Shown in pieces: positions 7,475 through 16,146 of a stretch of DNA of 32,000 nt. The stretch covers positions 150,001 to 182,000 of the forward strand of contig NZ_CP088239.1 in assembly GCF_021054785.1 (NCBI RefSeq), given 5' to 3'. This DNA comes from Tannockella kyphosi (GTDB lineage Bacteria > Bacillota_I > Bacilli_A > Erysipelotrichales > Coprobacillaceae). The position numbers and the translations under genes are program-made. Below the pieces are notes generated by a model. That model saw only the letters and a list, made by a program, of their open reading frames with translations, did no database searches and was not told where the DNA came from. Numbering within the stretch: the first letter of the stretch is position 1; the number at the start of each line of letters is the position of its first letter.

Positions 7475-7930
7475 ATGATACAAGCTTTGTTTTTATTACT
7501 TATAGCAAGTGCAATGCATTTTATTTATGATTTCATTCCATATGATATAATTGGTCTTATTGTCCCAATCGATGAATCCATATTCCAACATATTAAATTA
7601 ATATTTTATCCAATATTATTCTATTATCTGTACATAAAAAGATGGAATACAATAGTTATTGTACAATTAGTAAGTATTGTAAGCATGTTATTTATTTATT
7701 ATTTTTATCGTTATGCGCTTAATATTGAAAGTGTTCCTATCGATATTTTATTAGTAGGCCTTATCTTTGTTATAATGCAATATATCGATACATTAGCCCT
7801 ACAACATAATTGGATAACTTCTTCTAAAATAACAATACTATTTATCATGATTAGTATATTCTTATTAGGATATCTTACTATTTATCCACCTAATCTACCA
7901 ATGTTTATAGAAGGAAATCCGATCAAATGA
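7475..7930 (+). CDS. Hypothetical polytopic membrane protein
   Basis: A 151-aa protein with about five hydrophobic helices and a GGTGA RBS. I cannot confidently recognise a family. Confidence 0.6.
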   Translation: MIQALFLLLIASAMHFIYDFIPYDIIGLIVPIDESIFQHIKLIFYPILFYYLYIKRWNTIVIVQLVSIVSMLFIYYFYRYALNIESVPIDILLVGLIFVIMQYIDTLALQHNWITSSKITILFIMISIFLLGYLTIYPPNLPMFIEGNPIK

Positions 7931-7938
7931 TAAATTCT

Positions 7939-7968
7939 AATAACAAACAATAATAAATATGCTATAAT
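7939..7968 (+). promoter_or_regulatory. deoR-family gene promoter with copy 1 of a 19-mer candidate operator
   Basis: The 19-mer aataacaaacaataataaa (7939-7957) lies immediately upstream of the extended -10 TGcTATAAT (7960-7968), occupying the -35/spacer region. Confidence 0.5.
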
Positions 7969-7984
7969 GTCTTGGGGTGATACA

Positions 7985-8713
7985 ATGTTCGCAAAACAAA
8001 GACAAGATGAAATAGTAGAAAGAGTAAATCAAGAAGGTGCTATTAAAGTAAAAGAAATAGCTTTAGAATTTAATGTTACAGAAGATAGTATTCGTAAAGA
8101 TTTAACATTATTAGAAAATCAAGGAAAACTAACGAAAACATATGGTGGTGCAATTAAAATAAGAGATATGAGTCATGATTTTAAAGTAGAAGATAGAATT
8201 GGTAAAAACAACCATGATAAAACAACAATAGCTTCGAAAGCATGTACTTATATTGAAAATGGGATGACTATTTTTTTAGATATTTCTACTATTAATATAG
8301 AAATCGCAAAACTAGTAAAAGAATCAAACAAAGATGTAACGGTAGTAACAAATATGATTGATGTTTTGATTACGTTACTACATAGTAAAGTAAATGTTGT
8401 TTTTTTAGGAGGAACACTAAATCGTCGTGAAAAGGGATTTATTGGTAGTTTAACGATACAACAAATTGAAAATTATCAATTTGATTTAGCGTTTATTGGT
8501 TGTGTTGGCGTAGACTTCGAAAATGAACGTATTTATACTTATACAAGTGATGATGGACTTACTAAAAAATGTGCAATGAAGCATAGTCATCAAACCTATG
8601 TAGTATTAGAATCTAAAAAATTACAAACTAATGGAACCTATTGTTTTTCTAACTTAGAAGCATGTACTGGTTTTATTACAGAACAAGAAACAATAACAAA
8701 CAATAACAAATAA
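7985..8713 (+). CDS. DeoR/GlpR-family transcriptional regulator
   Basis: The N-terminal HTH is RQDEIVERVNQEGAIKVKEIALEFNVTEDSIRKDLTLLE, and the C-terminal sugar-phosphate-binding domain is of DeoRC type. The start is the ATG at 7985 (GGGGTGA RBS). Confidence 0.85.
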   Translation: MFAKQRQDEIVERVNQEGAIKVKEIALEFNVTEDSIRKDLTLLENQGKLTKTYGGAIKIRDMSHDFKVEDRIGKNNHDKTTIASKACTYIENGMTIFLDISTINIEIAKLVKESNKDVTVVTNMIDVLITLLHSKVNVVFLGGTLNRREKGFIGSLTIQQIENYQFDLAFIGCVGVDFENERIYTYTSDDGLTKKCAMKHSHQTYVVLESKKLQTNGTYCFSNLEACTGFITEQETITNNNK

Positions 8714-8784
8714 TAATAAATAATCTTGACTTTCCGACTTTTATTGCTATAATTTGAGTAACATCAATAACAAACAATAATAAA
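8692..8784 (+). promoter_or_regulatory. Glycyl-radical-enzyme promoter flanked by copies 2 and 3 of the 19-mer
   Basis: TTGACT (8726-8731) lies 16 nt upstream of TGcTATAAT (8745-8753). The 19-mer with one mismatch lies at 8692-8710, and the exact 19-mer lies at 8766-8784 between the predicted transcription start and the RBS. Confidence 0.5.
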
Positions 8785-8797
8785 GGAGAGTTTTTTT

Positions 8798-11143
8798 ATG
8801 CAAATAACTACTAGAATATTATCATTAAAAGAAAAAACAATGAATACAGATCGTTATGCTTCTATAGAACAAGCAAAGATTATTACTGACTGTTATAAAG
8901 AACATGCTGGAAAGTCCAAAATAATGCAACGTGCTTTTAGTTTAAAAGCAGCGTTAGAAAATTTAGAAATAACAGTAGATCAAGAAGAATTAATAGTAGG
9001 GAATCGTAGTAAAGGTATTCGTGCAGGAATTATCTTTCCAGAAAGTGGATGTAATTGGGTAGAAAAGGAAATAGATAGCTTATATACTCGTCCTCAAGAT
9101 AAGTTTCATATTCGTGATCAAGATAAACAACTATTTCGTGAAGAGATATTTCCATTTTGGCATGGGAAATCAATGGAAGATGGTATTGATGAAGCATATG
9201 GAAAAGAATTAACTGCTATTTCAAAAGTAGTAAAAATAAATCAAAAAGATCATGCTCAAGGACATATTTGTCCAGATTGTAAAACGTGGTTACATACGGG
9301 TCCGACACAAATAAAAAAACAAGCAATGCAAGCATTGCTTCAAGAAAATACAAAAGAACAAGAAGAATATTATCAAGCAACTATTTTAGTAATGGAAGGG
9401 GTAGAAACATTCATTACTCGTTATCGAGATTTTATCAAAGAAATGATTGTTCAAGAACAACTAGATTCTAACCATTCCCTTTATCAAGTACTAGAAAACT
9501 GTGAAACATTATCAAAAGGTCCCGCAACTACTTATTTTCAAGCAGTACAATCTTTATGGTTTTTATTTGTAATATTACATATGGAATCAAATGCTTCTAG
9601 TTTCTCACCAGGAAGAATAGACACTTATCTATATCCTTTTTATCAAAAGGATATAGAGGAAGGTATTTTAGATAAAGAGAGTGCTTTAGAAATATTAGAA
9701 TGTTTTTATATAAAATGTAATCAAATTGTTTATTTAAGAAGTAGTCATGGGGCTAAATATTTTGCAGGATTTCCTATCGGTTTTAATATTGCAATTGGTG
9801 GGGTTGATGAAAAAGGAGATCCTTTTGAAAATGATATTAGCTATTTATGTTTAGAAGCACAACAACATTTAGGATTACCACAACCTAATTTATCACTTAG
9901 AATCCATGAAAAAACATCGCAAGCATTACTAGAAAAAGCAATTCAAGTTGTTTCATTAGGAAGTGGAATGCCACAATTCTTTAATGATAAAAGTGTAATA
10001 CCAGCTCTTATTGATTTAGGAATTGAAAAACAAGATGCACTAGATTATGCTATTGTTGGTTGTGTTGAACTTACAACACAAGGAAATAACTTAGGTTGGA
10101 GTGATTCGGCAATGTTTAATTTTAACAAGGTTTTAGAACTTACTTTGAATAATGGTAGATGCCTTATTACCAATCAACAACTAGGTTTAGATTTAGGAAA
10201 CCTTACAACCTATCACTCTTATCAAGAAATAGAAGAAGCTTTAAAGAAACAAATTGATTATTTCCTAATAAAAATGATAGATGCATGTGAAGTTATTGAA
10301 AAAGCACATCAAAAATATTTACCCTCTCCATTTCTATCTAGTGTCATTCAAGGATGTTTAGAAAAAGGTATGGACGTAACAAGAGGTGGAGCAAAATATA
10401 ATTTATCAGGTATTCAAATGATTCAAATTGCGAATCTATCCGATAGTTTAGCAGTACTAAAAGAACTAGTATTTGAAAAACAAAAAATATCACAAAAAGA
10501 ATTATATCAAGCAATACTTGATAACTATCAAGGACATGAACAAACAAAAGCAATCATTGATCACTTAGGCTCACGTTATGGAAATGACATAGAATGGGTG
10601 GATGAATTAGGTGCAAATATAGCAATGTATTTTAAACAACAACTAAGTAGTTATACTAACTATCGAGGTGGAAAATATCATACTGGAATGTATACGGTTA
10701 GTGCTCATGTTCCGATGGGCGAAAATGTTGGTGCAAGCGTGGATGGAAGATTGTCACAAACTCCTTTAGCAGATGGGGGAATGTCTCCAGTATATGGAAG
10801 AGATACAAAAGGACCAACTGCATTATTAAAATCAGTAGCAAGATTAGATAATAGTTTAACAACAAATGGTGGACTATTAAATATGAAGTTTTTACCAAGT
10901 TTCTTTGATAAAAGTGGTATCCAAAAGTTCTCCTTATTACTAAGGGGATTTGTAGACTTACAAATACCCCATGTTCAATTCAATGTTGTCAATAAAGAAG
11001 ACTTACAAAAAGCTCAAAAAAGACCAGAATTATACAAAGGATTAACTATCCGTGTAGCAGGTTATACTGCTTACTTTGTAGAACTTGATCATAAACTTCA
11101 AGATGAAATCATGGAACGTACTAGTTATGGAAGTATTGAATAA
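8798..11143 (+). CDS. Glycyl radical enzyme, PFL2/dehydratase-type (YbiW/PflD-like), substrate unknown
   Basis: A 781-aa protein. The C-terminal glycyl-radical fingerprint is RVAGYTAYF (Gly755, 11060-11062). The catalytic loop is GCVE (Cys422 at 10061-10063, Glu424 at 10067-10069), not the Cys-Cys dyad of true pyruvate formate-lyase. Confidence 0.9.
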   Translation: MQITTRILSLKEKTMNTDRYASIEQAKIITDCYKEHAGKSKIMQRAFSLKAALENLEITVDQEELIVGNRSKGIRAGIIFPESGCNWVEKEIDSLYTRPQDKFHIRDQDKQLFREEIFPFWHGKSMEDGIDEAYGKELTAISKVVKINQKDHAQGHICPDCKTWLHTGPTQIKKQAMQALLQENTKEQEEYYQATILVMEGVETFITRYRDFIKEMIVQEQLDSNHSLYQVLENCETLSKGPATTYFQAVQSLWFLFVILHMESNASSFSPGRIDTYLYPFYQKDIEEGILDKESALEILECFYIKCNQIVYLRSSHGAKYFAGFPIGFNIAIGGVDEKGDPFENDISYLCLEAQQHLGLPQPNLSLRIHEKTSQALLEKAIQVVSLGSGMPQFFNDKSVIPALIDLGIEKQDALDYAIVGCVELTTQGNNLGWSDSAMFNFNKVLELTLNNGRCLITNQQLGLDLGNLTTYHSYQEIEEALKKQIDYFLIKMIDACEVIEKAHQKYLPSPFLSSVIQGCLEKGMDVTRGGAKYNLSGIQMIQIANLSDSLAVLKELVFEKQKISQKELYQAILDNYQGHEQTKAIIDHLGSRYGNDIEWVDELGANIAMYFKQQLSSYTNYRGGKYHTGMYTVSAHVPMGENVGASVDGRLSQTPLADGGMSPVYGRDTKGPTALLKSVARLDNSLTTNGGLLNMKFLPSFFDKSGIQKFSLLLRGFVDLQIPHVQFNVVNKEDLQKAQKRPELYKGLTIRVAGYTAYFVELDHKLQDEIMERTSYGSIE

Positions 11144-12032
11144 AGCCAATATATTTTCTATCAAACGCTTTGCAATTCATGATGGACAAGGACTGCGTAC
11201 TACTATTTTTATGAAAGGATGTAATCTTCGTTGTGTTTGGTGTCATAATCCAGAAGGATTAGACATGCAACCGCAATATCAAATTCTTTCTAGGTGCATT
11301 CAATGTAATCGATGCAAGGAAATAGACACGGATAATCGAATTCAAAGTAAAGATGGAACATATAGCATAACAGGATCACAAAGTGTTCAAAAATACCAAG
11401 ATGTTTGTATTATGGATGCCTTTGAATTAGATTGCCAACAATTAACAATCAATCAAGTTATTAAAGAAATAGAAGCAGATCAAGTCTTTTATCGAAATAA
11501 TGGAGGAGTTACTTTTTCTGGTGGGGAACCTTTGTTACAACAACCATTCTTATTAGAATTATTACCTTTATTAAAACAAAAAGGAATTCATTGTGCTATG
11601 GAAACAGCACTTAATATTCCTTATTCTAAATTAGAAGAACTATTACCATATCTAGATCAAATATATATTGATTTAAAACTAGTAGATGACATAAAACATA
11701 TTGAATACACAGGAGTATCCAATAGTTTCATTAAACAAAATATAACAAAATTATTACAAAGTAAATATGCTTTTAAAGTAACTATTCGAACTCCTTTAAT
11801 ACCACTCTATACAGCAACAATTGATAATATAGAAAACATAGCATGCTTTCTATCCAAACATAATAAAGAAACTAACTATGAATTATTAAACTATAATCCT
11901 CTTGCTATTCAAAAATATCAAGACTTATCAATTCCTTTTTGTTTTGAAGAAAACAAACCAATGTATTCAAAAGAAGAAATGAAACTATTTCAAAATATTG
12001 CTAAAAAATATTTAATAAATGTATCCATTTAG
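11127..12032 (+). CDS. Glycyl-radical enzyme activating protein (radical SAM)
   Basis: HDGQGLRTTIFMKGCNLRCVWCHNPE contains the CX3CX2C motif (11220-11243). A Cys-containing insert follows, and GGEPLL is the SAM-binding motif. The start is uncertain (11103 or 11127); with 11127 the gene overlaps the GRE stop by 17 nt. Confidence 0.85.
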   Translation: MEVLNKANIFSIKRFAIHDGQGLRTTIFMKGCNLRCVWCHNPEGLDMQPQYQILSRCIQCNRCKEIDTDNRIQSKDGTYSITGSQSVQKYQDVCIMDAFELDCQQLTINQVIKEIEADQVFYRNNGGVTFSGGEPLLQQPFLLELLPLLKQKGIHCAMETALNIPYSKLEELLPYLDQIYIDLKLVDDIKHIEYTGVSNSFIKQNITKLLQSKYAFKVTIRTPLIPLYTATIDNIENIACFLSKHNKETNYELLNYNPLAIQKYQDLSIPFCFEENKPMYSKEEMKLFQNIAKKYLINVSI

Positions 12033-12056
12033 TGCTCTTAGGAGCACTATTTGTTT
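12030..12056 (+). terminator. Rho-independent terminator closing the GRE cassette
   Basis: The stem tagtgctc (12030-12037) pairs with gagcacta (12042-12049) across the loop ttag, followed by tttgttt. Confidence 0.8.
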
Positions 12057-12095
12057 ATATTTTATTTTTAAGGCTATACTTATCATGGTGATAAA

Positions 12096-13466
12096 ATGGG
12101 TTTACAAGAACAGTTAGATGATCGTTTACAAATAGAAAGAAACTTTGATATTGTAAAAAGAGAATTAATAATAAAACAAGATAGTTATTATTTTTATTTT
12201 ATTGATGGATTTATTAAAGATGAAGTAATGGAAAGAATGATGGAATTTTTCATTAAAACAATACCTGAAAATAGTGATATAAATAGGATTAGTGAACAAC
12301 TAGTACCTTATGTAGAAGTAGAAATAAAAGAGAAATTAGATGAAATGATAGTTGCTATTCTTAGTGGTAGTTTACTGTTTGTATTCTCGAATCAAACAAA
12401 AGCAATATGCATTGATGTTCGAACATATCCGACTAGAGGCATGCAAGAACCGGAAGATGATAGGGTTTTAAGAGGGTCTAGAGATGGGTTTGTGGAAACC
12501 ATTATTTTTAATACAGCGCTTATTAGAAGACGGATAAGAGATGAAAGATTGGTAATGGAATATATTTGTGTTGGTAGCAAGAGTAAGACAGATATTGTTT
12601 TAAGTTATTTAGATGGAGTAGTAGATAAAGAAGTAGTAACAAACCTAAAAAAACAACTAGAAAATATCCAGGTTCAAGCACTAACAATGGCACAAGAGAG
12701 TTTAGCAGAAGTATTAGTAGAAGGGAAATGGATTAGTCCTTTTCCCAAAGTCCGTTATAGTGAACGTCCAGATATGGCTAGTAGTTGTATTTTAGAAGGA
12801 AAAATCGTAGTGATTATTGATAATTGTCCTAGTGTTCTTATTTTACCAACATATTTCTTGGATTTTCTACAAGTTGCACAAGATTATTATATGCCACCAA
12901 TGATTGGTACTTATTTAAGGATTGTAAGAATATTTGTGTTTTTTACTACTTTATTATTAACTCCTTTATGGTATTATTTTAATCAAAATCCAGAACTACT
13001 AAATGAACAGTTCTCTTTTTTGATTTTAAAAGATGTTACAAATATACCAATTATTTTACAATTTCTTATATTAGAATATACAATTGATGCTTTAAAACTA
13101 GCATCTTTAAATACACCTTCTTCACTAAGTGGTTCTTTTAGTATTTTAGGTGCTTTATTATTAGGTGATTTTGCAGTAAAATCAGGATGGTTTAATAGTG
13201 AGATTATTTTATATATGGCTTATGTCGCATTAGCAAATTTCACACTTCCAAGTTATGAAATGGGGTATGCTATTAAGTTTATGAGAGTCTTGTTTTTAGT
13301 TCTGATATGCCTCTTTCCAAAGTATGGACAATTACTAGGTATCGTTGTCTTATTTGTTGTTTTATATCGTTCGAAAACGATATCTAAACAAAGTTATTTA
13401 TATCCGCTAATACCATTTGATTTTAGAGAATTAAAAAAAGTATTTATAAGAACAAAAATTAGATGA
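12096..13466 (+). CDS. GerA-family spore germination protein (GerAA/SpoVAF-like)
   Basis: The core RTYPTRGMQEPEDDRVLRGSRDGFVETIIFNTALIRRRI is typical of the GerA family. A C-terminal multi-helix membrane domain follows. Confidence 0.8.
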   Translation: MGLQEQLDDRLQIERNFDIVKRELIIKQDSYYFYFIDGFIKDEVMERMMEFFIKTIPENSDINRISEQLVPYVEVEIKEKLDEMIVAILSGSLLFVFSNQTKAICIDVRTYPTRGMQEPEDDRVLRGSRDGFVETIIFNTALIRRRIRDERLVMEYICVGSKSKTDIVLSYLDGVVDKEVVTNLKKQLENIQVQALTMAQESLAEVLVEGKWISPFPKVRYSERPDMASSCILEGKIVVIIDNCPSVLILPTYFLDFLQVAQDYYMPPMIGTYLRIVRIFVFFTTLLLTPLWYYFNQNPELLNEQFSFLILKDVTNIPIILQFLILEYTIDALKLASLNTPSSLSGSFSILGALLLGDFAVKSGWFNSEIILYMAYVALANFTLPSYEMGYAIKFMRVLFLVLICLFPKYGQLLGIVVLFVVLYRSKTISKQSYLYPLIPFDFRELKKVFIRTKIR

Positions 13467-13525
13467 AATAGCTAGCTTTTTTGGTTTAATTCCTATACAA
13501 TTGTAGGTAAATAGGGAGTGATTAA

Positions 13526-13942
13526 ATGAAAGTTTCAACAAGAGGAAGATATGCATTACGTTTTATGATATATTTAGCCAGACATAATGAAGAAAAAAGA
13601 GTCTCATTAAAAGATGTGGCTAAAGAAGAAGATATTTCAGTGAAATATTTAGAACATATTGTTACACAATTATCGAGAGCAAATATGGTAGCATCTTCAA
13701 GAGGTGCAAAAGGTGGATATTGTCTAGTGAAACCAGCAGAAGAGTACTTAGTAGGAGAAGTGCTTGAAGTGGTAGAAGGTAGTCTAAGTCCAGTTGCTTG
13801 TATTGATTTACATGACTGTAATCGAGAAGTAGAGTGTCGTACATGTGATTTATGGAAAGGGTTAAAAGACGTTATATACGATTATTTAAACTCTTATACA
13901 TTGCAAGATTTAGCTGATAAAAAACAAGAGAGTATCTGTTGA
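13526..13942 (+). CDS. Rrf2-family transcriptional regulator (CymR/IscR-like)
   Basis: The N-terminal winged helix is MKVSTRGRYALRFMIYLA. The Cys triad ACIDLHDCNREVECRTC is typical of cluster-binding Rrf2 proteins. Confidence 0.85.
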   Translation: MKVSTRGRYALRFMIYLARHNEEKRVSLKDVAKEEDISVKYLEHIVTQLSRANMVASSRGAKGGYCLVKPAEEYLVGEVLEVVEGSLSPVACIDLHDCNREVECRTCDLWKGLKDVIYDYLNSYTLQDLADKKQESIC

Positions 13943-13952
13943 TACTCTTTTT
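13929..13952 (+). terminator. Rho-independent terminator
   Basis: The stem agagtatc (13929-13936) pairs with gatactct (13941-13948) across the loop tgtt, followed by T4. The stop codon lies in the loop/stem. Confidence 0.65.
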
Positions 13953-14058
13953 ATGTGTAATAAAGTTAATTATCATAAATATTGCTCTATTGCTATACGG
14001 ATGTTATGATAGTCAAGAAGTCATGAATGGTTTTCGTTCATCTTAAGGAGATAAAACA

Positions 14059-14979
14059 ATGATATATAATAATATAAAAGAATTAGTTGGAAATACGCCA
14101 GTAGTAAAACTACAAGGATTCCAAAAAGAAGTAGAAAGTAAAGCAACTATGATTGCTAAATTAGAGTCTTACAACCCTAGTGGTTCTTGTAAAGATCGTA
14201 TTAGTCAAGCAATGATTGAAAAAGCAATAGAAGATGGGTTTATTAATCAAGATACGATGATTATCGAACCTACTAGTGGAAATACAGGTATTGGTTTAGC
14301 TGCTATTTGTGCTAGTATGGGATTAAAGATAACATTAGTAATGCCAGAAAGTATGTCTTTAGAAAGAAGAAAGCTAATTCAAGCTTATGGTGCATCCATT
14401 GTTCTATCACCAGCTAGTAAAGGGATGCAAGGGTCTATTGATATGGCAAAACAATTACAACAAGATAATCCAAATAGCTTTATTTGTGATCAGTTTCATA
14501 ATCCTGCCAATCCAATGATGCATTATACAACAACTGGTCCAGAATTATGGCAACAAATGGATGGAAATATAGATGTATTTGTAGCGGGTGTAGGAACAGG
14601 TGGTACAATTAGTGGGATTGGTAAGTATTTGAAAGAACAAAATCCAAATATTGAAATAGTAGCTATTGAGCCAAGTGATAGTCCATTGTTATCAAAAGGA
14701 ACAACTGGACCTCATAAAATTCAAGGTATTGGAGCAAACTTTATACCTGGTACATTAGATACCGCTATTTATGATCGTATTATTCCAGTAGGAATCGAAG
14801 ATGCTTTAAATAGTGCTAAAATCGTTGCTAAAAAAGATGGTATTTTAGTAGGGATATCAAGTGGAGCAGCATTATTTGGTGCTAGTGTATTAGCTTTAGA
14901 AAAGAAATATCAAGGAAAAACAATTGTTATTTTATTACCTGATGGAGGAGACCGTTATTTTTCAACTGATTTATTTTAG
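14059..14979 (+). CDS. cysK: Cysteine synthase A (O-acetylserine sulfhydrylase)
   Basis: Contains the PLP-lysine motif NPSGSCKDR, the substrate loop PTSGNTGIGLA and the phosphate loop GVGTGGTISG. Confidence 0.9.
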   Translation: MIYNNIKELVGNTPVVKLQGFQKEVESKATMIAKLESYNPSGSCKDRISQAMIEKAIEDGFINQDTMIIEPTSGNTGIGLAAICASMGLKITLVMPESMSLERRKLIQAYGASIVLSPASKGMQGSIDMAKQLQQDNPNSFICDQFHNPANPMMHYTTTGPELWQQMDGNIDVFVAGVGTGGTISGIGKYLKEQNPNIEIVAIEPSDSPLLSKGTTGPHKIQGIGANFIPGTLDTAIYDRIIPVGIEDALNSAKIVAKKDGILVGISSGAALFGASVLALEKKYQGKTIVILLPDGGDRYFSTDLF

Positions 14980-14987
14980 GAGGAACT

Positions 14988-16124
14988 ATGAATATTGATA
15001 GTAAGTTAATGAAGAAAATAATTTTTATGATTAGTTATACGATTTTATTTTTTATGGCATTATTAAATTTAGATACCGTACTATATTATTGTAATACAAT
15101 GATTAGTGTTTTATTTCCTTTTTTATTAGGAGCAGCTATTTCATTTATTTTAAATATACCAATGATGTCCATTGAAAAGAGAATTACAAATAAGTTTAAA
15201 AAGAAATCAAAATTAGTAAGACCACTTAGTTATTTTGGAGCATTGGGTTTTGTTTTATTTTTAATGGGAATTGTTATTTTTATTGTAATGCCAGAATTAA
15301 CAGCAACGATTATATCTTTATCAAAAACTCTAGAAACATTTCTTCCTCAAGCCATTGAGTGGTTAGAATCAATGATAGAAAATCCAGAAATTATTACATG
15401 GTTAGAAAGTTTACAAGTGAATTGGGAATCAATTATTGATAGTGTAGTTTCTATTACAAAAGGAAGTTTAACAAATGTTATTAGTTCTTCTTTTGAAATT
15501 ACAAAAACAATCATTAGTGGTTTAGTGAATTTCTTTATAGGACTTATTTTTTCTTGTTATGTGCTATTACAAAAAGAAACATTATGTTATCATCTAAAGA
15601 AAATCATTTATGCTTTTTTAGATAAAACAAAAGCAAGACAAGTAATAGATATATTAAAACTAACAAATACAACATTTTATCATTTTATTACAGGACAATG
15701 TTTAGAAGCTTTGATTTTAGGTTTTATGTTCTTTGTAGTAATGATTGTATTACAAATGCCTTATGCATTATTGGTAGGAGTTTTAATTAGTGTAACAGCA
15801 TTAATACCAATTGTAGGAGCTTTTATAGGATGTTTTGTTGGAGCATTTTTAATCTTGATGGTTAATCCAATGCAAGCAGGATTGTTTGTAATTATCTTTC
15901 TAGTATTACAACAAATAGAAGGAAATATTATTTATCCTCAAGTAGTTGGTAATTCAGTAGGATTACCTTCTATATGGGTATTGTTTTCTGTGGTAGTAGG
16001 AGGAAACTTATTTGGTGTGTTAGGAATGTTATTATTTATACCAATTAATTCTGTACTTTATACACTATTTAAAAAGAAAGTAAACAAGCTTCTAACAAAC
16101 AAAAAATTAGTAATAAAAAAATAA
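14988..16124 (+). CDS. AI-2E family transporter (PerM/UPF0118)
   Basis: A polytopic protein with the conserved QQIEGNIIYPQVVGNSVGLP motif. It starts 8 nt after the cysK stop and has an AGGAGG RBS. Confidence 0.85.
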   Translation: MNIDSKLMKKIIFMISYTILFFMALLNLDTVLYYCNTMISVLFPFLLGAAISFILNIPMMSIEKRITNKFKKKSKLVRPLSYFGALGFVLFLMGIVIFIVMPELTATIISLSKTLETFLPQAIEWLESMIENPEIITWLESLQVNWESIIDSVVSITKGSLTNVISSSFEITKTIISGLVNFFIGLIFSCYVLLQKETLCYHLKKIIYAFLDKTKARQVIDILKLTNTTFYHFITGQCLEALILGFMFFVVMIVLQMPYALLVGVLISVTALIPIVGAFIGCFVGAFLILMVNPMQAGLFVIIFLVLQQIEGNIIYPQVVGNSVGLPSIWVLFSVVVGGNLFGVLGMLLFIPINSVLYTLFKKKVNKLLTNKKLVIKK

Positions 16125-16146
16125 GACGATCGTCTTATTTTTTATT
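16114..16146. terminator. Bidirectional terminator between the AI-2E and GNAT genes
   Basis: The perfect palindrome ataagacgatcgtcttat is flanked by A-runs on the 5' side and T-runs on the 3' side, and it overlaps both stop codons. Confidence 0.7.

Noticed and set aside
2141-11143. Linking the TauE/SafE-type exporter (2141-2908) to the GRE as a sulfonate (isethionate-type) sulfite-lyase pathway
   Set aside because: The genes are ~6 kb apart and separated by several unrelated transcription units and terminators. The GRE is paired with a DeoR regulator and looks YbiW/PflD-like, not IslA-like.
14170-14200. CysK PLP-lysine motif reads GSCKDR instead of the usual GSVKDR
   Set aside because: This is a single conservative-position variant in an otherwise canonical CysK, and I have no basis to infer altered function.
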